NCBI RefSeq assembly: GCF_006345805.1
Contig: NC_043013.1
Coordinates: forward strand, 29,264,001 to 29,328,000
Origin: Octopus sinensis
Taxonomy: Eukaryota
Reading direction: 5' to 3'
DNA: 64,000 nucleotides
The notes beneath the pieces were generated by a model that saw nothing but the letters and a program-made list of their open reading frames with translations, was not told where the DNA came from and did not search any database. The translations under genes and the position numbers were made by a program. Below, one piece after another: positions 13,358 through 27,364 of this stretch; the first letter of the stretch is position 1, and each line of letters begins with the position of its first letter.

Positions 13358-14930
13358 TGTATGTATGTTTGTATGTATGTATGTATATATATGCGTGTTT
13401 GTATATATATATATATGAATGTCTTAATATATATTATTTATACATACATATTCATTCACATATGACAAAAACCAACACAGCACTGTTTTAAATAGATATG
13501 TATATAGAAATCATATACGCGATCTGTAACTGATAAATACTTAGTCTTACTTGAAAAATATAAAATATAAAACTAATATAAACATGTTTGTACAAGGTAA
13601 TCAAACACTGTTATTCCTGCATTAATATAGGTTTTACCTTCAGAATTTGAATTAATACAGGTATTATATTGTCTGTTTGTATGTATATATTTACGTATGT
13701 ATGATTGTGTGTATAAGAAAAACAGACGGAGATGAAGTCACTGGAATCCAGAATATTTATTAACTCACTTATAAAAAGTGCATTCGACTCCGGTAGAATT
13801 TGAACTCAGGGTTGTACTGGGACGTAACTAAACAACGTGAATGGATTTTCGCGGTCTTCTGGTCCTCTGGCTTCCATACTAAACCGAGACAAAATACTAT
13901 TGATTTTTTAAGAAGATTCGGGAGATCGAATCGATATCAGTTTCTGAATGGTACTTATTCAATCGACACCAAAAGGCAAAACTCACCTTTGCTGGCTTTC
14001 AAATTCACATCACAAAAGCCGCAACTTAGTATAAGGGGTAACGAAAAGGAGAAACAAAAGAACTACTTATTCTTACTTTTTTTAATTTTTAAATGTCTCA
14101 TTGATGAGAATTCTGCTCAAATCAGAATAGTTTTGGAAGAAAACGTTGTTTTCTGGCATCCAACTCAGATTTTTCAGATCAAACAGCAAAAAAAAAAAAA
14201 AAAATGGTAGGACGACTTACACACCAAGACAGCTTTGGAGACCCAAAAATTCCATGTGAAATGTTACAGGATTAGGAAAGATAGTGACGATGTTTGAATG
14301 TTTTCACTACGTGTTTACAATACGGTATTTTCAATTCATATGACAGAAAAAAATGTCTCATATTTTGGTGAGGCGGGGTGGGGGTAATAGTTGATTATAT
14401 TGATCTCTGTCTTGAAGATTAAAAGTAAAGCTGATTTTGGCAGAATTTGAACTCAGAACTTTAGAGAATCGAAAGAAATACCGCTAAGCCGATGCGCTAA
14501 TGGCTTTCACTATTCGCCGCTATTTGTGACTGACAATAATAGAAATACCCTTGTTGTAAACAAACAACAAAATATATTGTGTAATCAGATCTTTCATGCA
14601 GATATTCATACACAGACACACTCGCACACAGGAATATGTACACAATGTTTCTATTATTACCTAAATGGGAAGCAATTCAATGAAATTGCATATGTAATGG
14701 TATTTCCCAACAATTGCCTTTCAGCTCTTTTGTATTTATCGAAATGTGCAAACATCATATACTCGTCGGAATATATGTTAATGCCTTTCCTTTTAAATCA
14801 CGAGAAATATTCACTATATAGATTTAACAAATATAAATCACATTAACTCTTTTTGACGAGTTATCTTTACGCTGTTTTAATGGTACATCTTTATAGAAAT
14901 AATACATTTTCAGAAGAATGATTAAATATA

Positions 14931-15207
14931 AGCGCAGGCGTGACTGTGTGGTAAAAAGCTTGCTTTCCAACCACATGGTTCAGTGGTTGGGAAGCACCTT
15001 GTCCAAGGTATCTTCTACCATAGCCTCGGGGCCACCAAGGCCTTGTGAGTGGATTTGGTAGACGGAAACTGAAAGAAGTTTATATATATACGAAATGGGA
15101 CAAGAACGCAAAACATCCAGATAGACGATACAAAGAAAACAAGGACGAGTCATTCGGAGTTTTCTTTCCTCAGTCAAGTTCCAGATTATCTTTGCAATTT
15201 CGGCTGG

Positions 15208-15269
<62 letters not shown>

Positions 15270-15480
15270 ATCTTTATGTCAGTGTTTGTCCTCCCCACCA
15301 TCGCTTGACAACCGACGTTGATGTGTTTACGTTACCATAACTTAGCAGTTGGGAAAAAGAGACCGATGCAATAAGTACTAGGCTTACAACGAATAAGTCC
15401 TGGAGTCGATTCCTTCGACTAAAAATCCCTTTAAGGTGGTGCTCCAGCATGGCCGCAGTCAAATGACTGGAGCAAGTAAG
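14931..15480 (+). mobile_element. SINE family A, full length, with a ~120 bp foreign insert in its internal (TA)n
   Basis: Head AGCGCAGGCGTGACTGTGTGGTAA and tail GGTGCTCCAGCATGGCCGCAGTCAAATGACTG. The segment 15091-15208 is absent from the other copies. Confidence 0.85.
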
Positions 15481-15489
15481 TCATCTATC

Positions 15490-15897
15490 CATCTTCTTCA
15501 CCCACTCTTTTCGGGAGGGTCGTGGGTTTCTCTTCCATAGGGTCCTATTAAAAGCAGCCTTCATTAAACTTTTCGTGGCCAACTGTGACTATGGATATTA
15601 TCCAACCATCACGTTCTTCATCTACTCCTAAGTCTTCTGTCAGTTGGCTGGAGGAATCCGTATCGCGATTTCTTTTTCCTGCGGCATACTAATGACATGT
15701 CTGTGAACACCGGAACTGCGACCTCGTAATGCGGAAAAGCAACGGCTCGAGCTGGCGTGACATCCTTATCTCCGAGCAACGTACCCTGTCGAGTAACGCT
15801 GCTCTAGAGATCCATCGGAGGGGCCTCATTTCTGCCACTTGTACTCACGATCCAACTCTTTCGGTCTTAACCAACGTTCATATCTATAGGTGAGGAT
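15490..15897 (-). mobile_element. RTE-clade (Rex3/Expander-like) LINE 3' fragment, decayed
   Basis: The minus strand translates with frameshifts as ILTY...W...TERV..VQVAEMRPLRWISRAALLDRVRCSEIR...LEPLLFRITRSQ...HVISMPQE, matching the RTE ORF C-terminal pattern (AAEMxFLR...DRVRSS...EPLLLHIERSQLRW). Confidence 0.7.
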
Positions 15898-16217
15898 ACG
15901 AAAAAAAAAAAAGTTAATATTCATAAATTAGTATCTGAGCAGAAGCACCTTGTTGTGGTATTTAGTTGTGTCCTTTTACTTTCTTATTTCAAACCCTGCA
16001 AAGGCCACCTTCATCGTTCATTCTTCCAGGATCGATTAAATGGTCGCTTTGATAAGCTGTTCCCACCACTAAGTAAAAAACCCGTGTGTGATTTTTTTTT
16101 TTTTTGCGATTAGGTCAGAAATTAATATTCAGAGAGCGGGTAATCGGAGAATTTGCTTGAATATCGAACAAAGCCCCTTGTAATATTGGTATATTTACAG
16201 AAGTTTACCTCTCCAGT

Positions 16218-16421
16218 TTTGTTTCCTCATAACTTTCAAACAATTGATAAAATTTTCTACAAATATGCAATAAATGGTGCAGATTCTGATTATATCAGAG
16301 TTTATGGTGAAAAAGTGCATTTAATGCCAAGTTCCGATATAATAGGAATCTACACCATCAGAAGCGTAATATGGGCAATTTCACAAAATATCTATTTTTC
16401 TGAAAGTTATAAGGAAACAAA
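16218..16421. mobile_element. Palindromic MITE-like element
   Basis: TTTGTTTCCTCATAACTTTCA pairs with TGAAAGTTATAAGGAAACAAA. The inner arms ATGGTGCAGATTCTGATTATATCAGA / TCCGATATAATAGGAATCTACACCAT also pair. Confidence 0.65.
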
Positions 16422-16989
16422 GTCGGTTGGGCGGGGGGGGGGGGCACACTTGCGCGGGTATGCCACAATGTTTACTTACGGATCTTTAATTTCTGAGTTT
16501 AAACCCCTCTAAAATCGATTTTGCCTTTATCTTTCCGAAGTTCACAAAATAGAGTACCAGTCAAGTACTAGCGTTGAATTATCTTCTTCAAAAGAAAGAA
16601 TATAAGTGGTTTTGTGCTTAACTAAGATATCAGCATGACTGAAATATAGTATTCATCGTGATTCTCCGTCGGTTTCGACGATGAGCATTCGCTTGTTCGT
16701 TCAAGCGAATTCCTACTTAAGGAATTGAAGTGTAAACGGTTGATTATTCAAAAGATAGATATATCCTTAAACATAATTTTTAGGCCAAAGTAGCGCGACA
16801 CTTTGCATGGATGGGGCACTTTATTGGTTCGTCTCTTAAAACAGGAAAAGCAAAGGTGACCTGACTGGGATTTGATCACGGGACGTAGAGAGTCTGAACA
16901 AATAATGCAAAGTGTTTTATCTAACGCTCTAACAACTCTAAAAGTTCGCGGCACTCAACAACATTCATAAAATGGTACTTAAAATGTTG

Positions 16990-17219
16990 GGCGGCGAGCT
17001 GGCAGAAACGTTAGCACGCCGGGCGAAATGCTTAGCCGTATTTCGTCTGCGTTACGTTGTGAGTTCAAATTCCGCCGAGGTCGACTTTGCCTTTTATCCT
17101 TTCGGGGTCGATAAATTAAGTACCAGTTACGCACTGGGATCGATGTAATTGACTTAATACCTATGTCTGTCCTTGTTTGTCCCCTCTATGTTTAGCCCCT
17201 TGTGGGTAATAAAGAAATA
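16990..17219 (+). mobile_element. SINE family B monomer with 16 bp TSD
   Basis: Near-consensus copy flanked by GGTACTTAAAATGTTG at 16974-16989 and 17220-17235. Confidence 0.95.
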
Positions 17220-17941
17220 GGTACTTAAAATGTTGTTTACATATTTGTAGAGTGAATCCTAAAAGATAAAAAAAAAAAACAATTAGATTTGAGTTTCTGT
17301 TATTCAAATATTGGCAATGATATTGTAGTGGAAGGCGTGAAAGAGTGAAGCATTTAGTTATATCTTTAAGTTCCTGGTTCGAATAGAGCTCGGATTAACT
17401 CTGTCTTGTATTCCTGGGGACACGATAAATTAAGAACTGTTATTATGATATATCTTGGGTAGAGTTTTGGGGTAGACACTCCATACATCATGAAGAACCA
17501 TTATTGTTTCAGGCAAGTAGAATCTCCCTTTGCAGGATAGAGGACACCGTGATGGTGTCAGCCTATCTGGTGACGTTGATGATCGCCTGGGGCTAAATGC
17601 ATCAGTAACACCCCCACCGCCCTGCCCTGTCCCTAGCCACATTCAAATGGCTAATGTCCCTTATGCAAGTAGAATTATTACGTGGAAAAAAATACACTTT
17701 TTTAAATCAAAATTTCGACTTTGCTCCCCTAATTGATTTTTAAAAACAATTTTCGAGTGAGATTTGGGATGTCCGATCTAAATTTTTTTTATTTTCTACT
17801 GTAGATTTGAACTCAGAACGTAAAAACAGACGAAATACGGCCAAGTATTTCGCCCGCTCGTCGCCTTCCGATTCGATATCTATTGTTTCTTCTTGTTTCA
17901 TGTTAGTTTCCTTCAGACATCGTAAACTATTGCTAATAATA

Positions 17942-18506
17942 ATCCTTTCTGTTATTGGTAAAATGCTTGAAAGTTTGACTACATCGATCCCAGTACTCAA
18001 CTGGTACTTATTTTATTGGCTCCGAAAGGATGGTAGGCAAAGTTGGCCACGACGGAATTTGGGCTCAGAACATAAAGATGGACAAAATGATGCTCTATTA
18101 CTACAACTAATAATAGTAATCCTTTCTACTAAAGGCACAAGGCCTGGAATTTGGTGGTGGTGGGGTTACGTCAATTACATCGATCCCAGTGCGTAACTGG
18201 TACTTAATTTATCGACCCCGAAAGGATGAAAGCCAAAGTCGACGGAATTTGAACACAGAGCGTAAAGACGGACGAAATGCCGCTAGCGTGCTAACGATTT
18301 TGCCACCCCACTGAATCATAAACCTATCTATAAAGGGCACAAAGCCTGAAATTTGGGGGTGAGGAATCCATCGACCTCAGTCTTTCACTGATACTTAATT
18401 TATCGTCCCTGAAAGGATGAAAGGCAAAAAATCTACCTCGGCGGATTTGAACTCAGAACGTAAAGACAGACGAAATGCTGCTAGCGACTCTGCCAGCTTG
18501 CCGCCT
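17942..18506 (-). mobile_element. Three head-to-tail SINE family B copies
   Basis: Three successive CTGGTACTT...GAAAGGATG...GGAATTTGAACTCAGAAC blocks. Further single copies lie at ~19365-19571, 27892-28102, 28500-28660, 62598-62803 (-) and 29472-29652 (+). Confidence 0.85.
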
Positions 18507-18745
18507 TAACTACACCATTTAATGAATAATATTAATAAAACGCCATTGCCGCAAATGACCATTTTCTAAAATGTTTAGACTTAGTTTGGTTAGGGAGGAG
18601 TACATCACTCCATATTTACTCTTCACCTTCGTTTTTGAAGGGGATAATACGTAATTTGAAGGCGGTTTGACTGCTTCTTCTAGTAGGCTAAAGTAATCAA
18701 ATGGAAGATCTTTCGTTGATTCAATGAAGTACCCAGTAAATGTAA

Positions 18746-18845
18746 NNNNNNNNNNNNNNNNNNNNNNNNNNNNNNNNNNNNNNNNNNNNNNNNNNNNNNN
18801 NNNNNNNNNNNNNNNNNNNNNNNNNNNNNNNNNNNNNNNNNNNNN
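18746..18845. other. Assembly gap (100 N)
   Basis: Run of 100 N. Confidence 0.99.
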
Positions 18846-19571
18846 ATATATATATATATGCATGTATGTATGTATATCTTTTAAATTAGTTTATGGGAAA
18901 CATTTTGAATATCCATATAAAGCTTATCCCGGTATCCGTAGAATGATGATGAGTAGGGAGCCAATTTTGGGGGGTTGCATCAATATAATCAATATAATGT
19001 AGGATAAATCTAATTATAATAACCATAATCCTTGGTTCTGTTCTATGTTTTAGAGATGAGAAATTTTGTACATTATTTACATTATTTACATTGGAGCTGC
19101 TTCATATCGTTGTTTGAAAGACTTTTATTGTTTTATATATATATATAAATCTTCCGTTAAAGAAAGGCTAGAAATTGAGTTTCATATGGTCTTGGCTGTT
19201 GATCGGAAGAAGAAGAACAACAATAATGATTATGATGATGATGATGATGATGATAATGATGATGATGAGGGGGGAGGATTTATTGGCCATTAGGGTCCAA
19301 GACATTATGGCCAGTAAAAACGGGTGAAATGCAAGAGCAATAGCAGCAACAGCAATAAGGATAATGATTTCAAATTTTGGCACAAGGCCAGTAATTTCGT
19401 GGGAAGGGAGTAGTCAATTACATCGACCCCAGTGCTCAGCTGGTATTTAACTTATCGACCCCAAGAGGGTGAAAGACAACGTCCACTTTGACGGAATTTG
19501 AACGCAAAGATGGACGAAATGGCACGAAACATTTTGCCCGGGATGTTAACGGTTTTGCCAGCTGGCCACCT

Positions 19572-19641
19572 CAACAACAACAACAACAATAATAATAATA
19601 ATGATAACAATAATAACAACAACAAGAATAGAAATAATGAC

Positions 19642-19712
<71 letters not shown>

Positions 19713-19841
19713 CAACAACAACAGCAATGATGATGATGGTGATGATAATAATAATAATAATAATAATAATAACTACAACAACAACAACAACAGCAATGAT
19801 AATAATAATAGTAATGAAGATGAGGATGACGATGATGATAA
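19572..19841. repeat. (AAT)n/(AAC)n/(GAT)n compound microsatellite (representative)
   Basis: Seen directly. Similar tracts lie at ~30718-30840 (GAA/AAC), 31052-31235, 33870-34500 (GAT), 45402-45858, 46588-46797, 51108-51231, 53744-53830 and 54670-54770. Confidence 0.95.
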
Positions 19842-20585
19842 CAAGGCAAGAAAATGGGAAAGAAATTTGTAAGTTATTGAAATTATTGCGTATAATATTC
19901 GTGTGGTTAATTTGTAAATAAACCATTTTTGAAGCAGAAGAGATCGTGTAAAGGCGTTAATCATAAACTAATATATGATTTATTTGGAGGGAATCGTCAA
20001 GTAAAGAGATGCAAAAGAAACTACGAATGTGTGGTGGATAAATAACGTATAACTTGACGATAAAATAATTGAATAAAATATACCAAATTAAAAATGTCAA
20101 TATGCAGTTTAGAGGTTTAAAAACAAATGAAAGTAAATTGACCGGAAGTGACTACAGTGATATCAAATAATTCTATAAAGAGAACAAAGGCAACTAGTGA
20201 AATCCTTTAATTTTATTAAAAAAACTCCCTAATTGTGCCTCGTGTCACAGGCATCTACTTGTGTAGTTCTTTCTGATGTCTTATTATTGCAGTTTTAGAA
20301 ATAGCAGCTGAGGTATACCGTTCCAGCGTACTATACAACACCTCTGAGAGGACAATTTGGTTGTTTGTATGTCAACGCATGATAGCTTACACAGTCACAT
20401 GTGAGCAAGTCAATACACAATTGCACAACTATTAAATTATATATATATATATACATAACTATGTGAAGTGGCTTTGTTCCTGTTGCTTCCCTCTACATTG
20501 TTTATATAGAATTATCGAATTTCCCTGTCGTCACGTCGGTCAAATACTTTCACATGCATGTTATTAAATTGTAAACAAAATATAT

Positions 20586-20983
20586 ACTTTTCTACTATAG
20601 GCACAAGGCCCGAAATTTTTGGAGACGGGGCCAGTCGTTTAGATCGACCCCAGTACGCAACTGGTACTTAACTTATCGACCCCGAAAGGATGAAAGACGA
20701 AGTCGACCTCGGCGGAGTTTGAACTCAGAACATTAGCGACAGACGAAATACCTATTTCTTTACTACCCACAAGGGGCTAAACACAGAGGGGACAAACAAG
20801 GACAGACAAACGGATTAAGTCGATTGCATCGACCCCAGTGCGTAACTGGTACTTAATTTATCGACTCCGAAAGGATGAAAGGCAAAGTCGACCTCGGCGG
20901 AATTTGAACTCAGAACGTAACGGCTGACGAAATACGGCTACGCATTTCGCCCGGTGTGCTAACGTTTCTGCCAGCTCGCCGCC
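20586..20983 (-). mobile_element. Dimeric SINE family B with 17 bp TSD
   Basis: Two family B cores with different tails. TTGTAAACAAAATATAT at 20569-20585 and 20984-21000 flanks the whole dimer. Confidence 0.9.
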
Positions 20984-21606
20984 TTGTAAACAAAATATAT
21001 TAAGAATCCAAATTCATGTAAGGGAGATAAGTATATGTTGCACTAAGGGCGTAAACGAAGTTGAACAGCTTTCAGGCCTTGTACCTGGTGTAGAAAAGAA
21101 TAATTTCGTAAATTCTTATTCTTAAAATACAATGATTTTTAAAACAAATTAATTCAGTTCTTTGAATATTTTATTATGGATTTTAGTCGTAAAACAATAT
21201 CGATGATTGTCAACTTAAAGATTTAACAACAGAGTTCAAGGAGAAGAAAATATAACTGTTGTTGCGGAATAATTAGGATTTACGGATTTGATATTAAGAT
21301 CCAAGATTAATCTATTTCAGGAAGTAAATAGTTGATGTGCCAACTATGTTTCTGACTTATTGCCAAACGTTTTTTGAGCTCAACTTACTTCTGCTTTTGA
21401 ACAACGTACTTGTTCCTTCTTCAAATCACTTTAAACGTGCGCGCCTGATGAAGAGGTCTTCATCGATCTAATCTTATACAATTTTGTGACTAAAATGGAG
21501 TCAATGGATCAAAGAATTATTTCTACTTTCAATATTCTCTTTGAAGGAGTTTAAGTTTGATAAAGAACACCATTTGATAAAGAATTCTTGAAATATTATA
21601 TCATTA

Positions 21607-21995
21607 TCTTTTATCTTTTACGTGTTTCAGTCATTGGACTACAGCCACGCTGGAGCACTGCCCTGAAACGTTTAATAGAACAGATCATCCCAAGCACTTA
21701 TGTTATTAAAGTCTGGTACTTATCCTATCGGCCTCTTTTGCATCAAACGCTAAGTTACAGGGAAGTAATCAAACCAATACCGGATGTCAGGTGACGGTAG
21801 GACACACGCACACACCTACATACATATAAATACAGCGGACTTTCACACAGTTTCTTCTAACAAATTCACTAATAAGGCATTGTTTTGGCCGGGACTACAG
21901 AAGATGACACAAGCCCAGGGTGTTGTGCACTGGGATCGACCCTGAAACCATGTGGTTCCAAAGCGAACCATTTAACAACCCAACTATTCATGTAT
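21607..21995 (-). mobile_element. SINE family A (old, diverged)
   Basis: TGTTTCAGTCATTGGACT...GCTGGAGCAC tail and ACCATGTGGTT head region in reverse orientation. Confidence 0.7.
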
Positions 21996-22442
21996 CTATG
22001 CAAGCAATAAATGAATCAATATAAAATGCATGAGAAGTTTACATACAAGCCTCATTAGTGTTTGGAAAAATATGTTGTGATAATTCAGTGAAGGAAGGCC
22101 GCAAGGTCTCATTCGGCAACAGACTTGCAAATATGGCTCAGGAAGTTAGAGTTGAAGTCAGTGCAGATAATCAGGATTTATTGTGTGCTAATAGCGAGAG
22201 CCTTAAACAATTAACAGAATAAACGTTTAGTTCAGAGAGCAAAGACATTCCTTCCCAACCAACTCAATTAACAGTGTTCTGATCAAAAAGCTTTGATTGA
22301 ATAAGCCATGCTTTAGAGCGTATTTTAGAAAACAATCCCAATTTTGGACAAACCGTGGACGCAGAATCAACAAAAACACCATTGCAACCAACCAACAACA
22401 AGAACAAGAACAACACCAAAACAAAATATATATATATATATA

Positions 22443-22770
22443 TTCTTTTTTAACTTGTTTCAGTCATTTGACTGCGGCCATGCTGGAGCAGCACCTTTAG
22501 TCGAGCAAATCGCCCCCAGGACTTATTCTTTGTAAGCCTAGTACTTATTCTATCGGTCTCTTTTGCTGAACTGCTCAGTTACTGGAACGTAAACACATAT
22601 ATATATATATATATATATGCTTCTTTCAGTTTCTGTCTACCAAGTCCATTCACAAGGCTTTGGTCGACCCGAGGCTATAGTAGAAGACACCTGCTCAAGG
22701 TGCCACGCAGTGGGACTGAACCCGGAACCATGTGGTTTGTAAGCAAGCTACTTACCACACAGTCACTACT
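22443..22770 (-). mobile_element. SINE family A
   Basis: Reverse complement of the family A head, body and tail. Confidence 0.9.
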
Positions 22771-23100
22771 ACCGTTTTAATATTTTATCGATTTATGTAT
22801 CTTGTTATACGAATTAAAATTGTGTACAACTTTTTTGGTGTGAATTATGTATCATTCTGTTCAATATGCGTTTATTTATTTTATCGAATTACACATCCTC
22901 TTTAAAAAGCAATTTTAGGAGCAATTTAAAAAAAAAAGTGTCTATTTCTTTAAATTTAATGTTTGTATATAAACATTATATATTACCGTCGTCTGATAAC
23001 GATGGTTATAATAAAGAAAGGAAGCGGAACATATTAATTTCGTTTATCGAGGCATCGGTGTGTGTGTTTGTATTTGTGCGTGCGTATGTGTGTGTGTGTG

Positions 23101-23131
<31 letters not shown>

Positions 23132-23903
23132 TTTGTTTGTGTGTGTGTGTGTGTGTGTGTTTGCGTGTGTGATTTAAAAATTATATTGAAGTGCAGACGG
23201 ACACTATTTACAAAAGAAAGTTAAAAATGAGTATCCTGTGTGCATCGATGACAAACACACGCGCGCGCGCGCAGGCTCTGTCGCACATACACACGCTCGC
23301 ACACACGCTCGCACACACGCTGACGTGCACACACACTTTCGTATTGTTGTTTCTTGTAGTCATAACATTTAAAAACAAAAACAATTATTTATCTTTGTGT
23401 CGTCCATCAATAAGATAAGAGACAACGAATGCCACACCATGCATACATACATACATACATACGTACGTACGTACACATACACATACAAACTTACACACAT
23501 AGATACATACATGCATTTGTACATGCATACATACACATATACATACATGCATTCGTACATACACACATACATACACACACAAACATACATAAATACACAC
23601 ATACATACATACAAACACACACGTCCATACACACATACATACCCACACAAGCATGCATACAGACACGTATACGTACATAAATACATACATACATACATAC
23701 ATACATACATACACATACACGCATACACACATACATACATACACATACGTACACACATACATACATACACATACGTACATACATACATACATGCATGCAT
23801 TCGTACATATACACATACATGCTTACATACATACATGCATGCATTCGTACATATATACATACATGCATCCATGGATGCATGCATGCATACATACATTCAT
23901 ATA

Positions 23904-24244
23904 TGCAGGTGTAGCTGTGCGGTGAGAAGCTTGCTTCCCAACCAAAAGGTTCCGGATTCAATCCCTGTGTGTGGTACCTTGGGCACATGTTTTCTACTAT
24001 AGCCACCGGTTGACCAAATCCTTGTCAGTGGATTTAGTAGACGGAAATGGATATCTTTGGGTTTGACAACCGGGTTTAGGTTGTTTACGCTTCTGTAACC
24101 TAGCGGTTCAACAATGAGAGACCGACACTATTAATTACCAAGCTTTTAAAGAAACGGTAAGGTAGTGGGGTCGATTTGGTCGACTAGACCTTTCGAGGCA
24201 GTGCTCCAGCATGACCGCAGTCTAGTGACAGAAACTAATAAAAA
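23904..24244 (+). mobile_element. SINE family A (older copy)
   Basis: GCAGGTGTAGCTGTGCGGTGAGAAGC head and GTGCTCCAGCATGACCGCAGTC tail. It lies directly upstream of a younger copy. Confidence 0.8.
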
Positions 24245-24271
24245 TATAAAATACATACATATACATATATA

Positions 24272-24435
24272 GGCGCTGGAGTGGCTGTGTGGTAAGTAGC
24301 TTGTTTACCAACCACATGGTTCCGGGTTCAGTCCCACTGCGTGGCACCTTGGGCAAGTGTCTTCTACTATAGCCTCGGGCTGACCAAAGCCTTGTGAGTG
24401 GATTTGGTAGACGGAAACTGAAAGAAGCCCGTCGT

Positions 24436-24473
<38 letters not shown>

Positions 24474-24756
24474 TATTATATATATATATATATATAATAT
24501 ATAATATATATATATATATATGCGTGTGTGTTTGTGTGTTTGTGTTTGTCCCCCTAGCATTGCTTGACAACCGATGCTGGTGTGTTTATGTCTCCGATAC
24601 TTAGCGGTTCGGCAAAAGAGACCGATAGAATAAGTACTGGGCTTACAAAAGAATAAGTCCCGGGGTCGAGTTGCTCGACTAAAGGCGGTGCTCCGGCATG
24701 GCCGCAGTCAAATGACTGAAACAAATAAAAGAGTAAAAGAGAAAAGAGTAAAGAGT
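24272..24756 (+). mobile_element. SINE family A, full length, young
   Basis: tRNA-like head (A box TGGCTGTGTGG, B box GGTTCAGTCCC), CCTTGGGCAAGTGTCTT core, internal (TA)n/(TG)n, hairpin tail CAGTCAAATGACTG followed by (TAAAAGAG)n. Confidence 0.95.
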
Positions 24757-24999
24757 ACATATGTGTGTGCGGGTGTGTGTGTGTGTGTATGTGTGTGTGC
24801 GTGCATACGTACGTATATACACACACACACACGTACATGATTGCATATTTACAATATGACGTATATACATATTGATGCATATGTGCATAGCATATAGCAA
24901 AATACATAGCTATCTACCTATGTACGCATACATTCATACAATAATGTATACACCATTCATATATATATATATATACTAAGCAATAAAGGGTTTAGCAAC

Positions 25000-25042
<43 letters not shown>

Positions 25043-25886
25043 ATATATATATGCATATGCACAAATACAAACATACATATACACATACATACATTTATAT
25101 ATGTATCCATACACATACAAACATACACACGTATCCAGTGCGCCTGCGCCGCTGTCTTACGTAATGTGGGTGCATTTGGTGGCTTTTGTTGTTTATATCG
25201 AAATTTCAGCATATCACAGGTTATCACAGGTGAGTACACAAACGACAATGTATGTATATATGTATATTAACAACAATGTGTGTTAGTTGTGCGTTTGTCG
25301 GTCTTAATATATGAGTATTTGTCTTAAATAGCCTTACTACGCATTATCAAGAATCGCCCAAGCTGCCGACTTGTCCGCTCGGTCTGCTAAGGAAGAGATA
25401 ATCGTAACCGAAGCTTTCTTCGAAAACAACAACCTACTTAACATCTTAGGAAAGGAGTCGCTGGATAATGTAATTCTATTTAATCTACCTGTAAGGAATT
25501 AAACTTGATGGCCACGGTTGGAAGATGACGCAGAACTAAACAATAACAATAGTTACATCAAGCCAGAGGCACTGCTCAATAAGTGGACTCTACAACCTGC
25601 TAGAAAAAACAGCTAAATAATCTCTCCAAAATCAAGTATAAACTTTTGAACAAAAAAAAAAAAAAAAAAAAAAAAAGGAAAGATGCATTAAATACATTAT
25701 GAAGTCCTTATAACAGAATGTTTGGAGAAAATACCAAACAAAAACAAATCAGTATGGTGAGGAGGGATCGAACCGCATTAATCATAGGTCAGCTCCGTCC
25801 TGACTGACCTGGGACTAAACCACTACGCTACCAAAGCGATGACGATGAATGTGAATGCCCTTATAAAACGGCATCACCTTTTTTTT

Positions 25887-25929
<43 letters not shown>

Positions 25930-25942
25930 GCTACTGCTGCTG

Positions 25943-25985
<43 letters not shown>

Positions 25986-26468
25986 GGCGACAACGACGAC
26001 GATGAATATAGGAAACAGCATCACTGTTTTGTCATAAGAATTTGTAATAGAGGCCCAAGTGCCACTTTAAAACTGGTGGAGGGCTACCTTTGATAAAATT
26101 GACCTGCAGTTATTGATTGGATCGCTGTTGTTTTATCGATCCAGCAATGATCTACCACTTCCGGAAGGGTCAAAAGAAAAGTCCACCTGAGCGTAATTCA
26201 AAAGCTAGTAGTTAATATAATAAAATTAAGTTTTCCATGTTTGTGTGTCTGTGTGTGTGTGCCAATAAATAGGTTAAAAGCATTTCGCCGCCCATCTCTC
26301 TCTCTCTCTCTCTCTCTCTGTCCCTCTCTCTCTTTCCTTCTCTCACAATATGTGTATATATACACGCTCCACACACACACACGCACACACACACACGCAC
26401 ACACACACACACACACACGCACACACACACACACATAGGTGAAATATGTGTATACAAATGTAAATGTG

Positions 26469-26499
<31 letters not shown>

Positions 26500-26679
26500 T
26501 AAGCACACTCACGCATATGTAAATACATATATGTGTATGTGCGTGCATGTGTGTGTGTATGTGTGCGTGCGCGAGTGTGTGCGTGCGTGCATGTCTGCGT
26601 ATGCGTGAGTGTGTGCACGTATGTTTATCTGTGTATCTGAATACATATTTGCCCGCTGCATATGGCATGTATAATATAT

Positions 26680-26884
<205 letters not shown>

Positions 26885-27302
26885 TATATGTATGTATATA
26901 TGTGTTGCATGTATGTATACATATCGTCAGCCATGTTGTGTCTGCTAACCCTCCTACGGCACTGTATTAACCGCATTCTTTTCCTCGTTCCTCTCACCTC
27001 AGAACACCACCCCTAAGGATTTCCTTCCCGCCTACGAGATTTTTCTTTCAGACGTCAACTTACTGATGTTCAAAGTGGTGGACATCTGGCGTATCCATCA
27101 GCTTGGGAGGGCTCCCAAGGTCTAGGGCACTACCTCCTTTAGCCTCGATAAACTACACCACACGCACAATGATGCAACACACACACGTGTGTGTGTGTAT
27201 ACAAGCATAAACATACATATATACACACATATATATATACACATATGCATATGTACATGTGTATAAGCATAAATATACATATATCCATATATATGCATAA
27301 TA

Positions 27303-27364
<62 letters not shown>

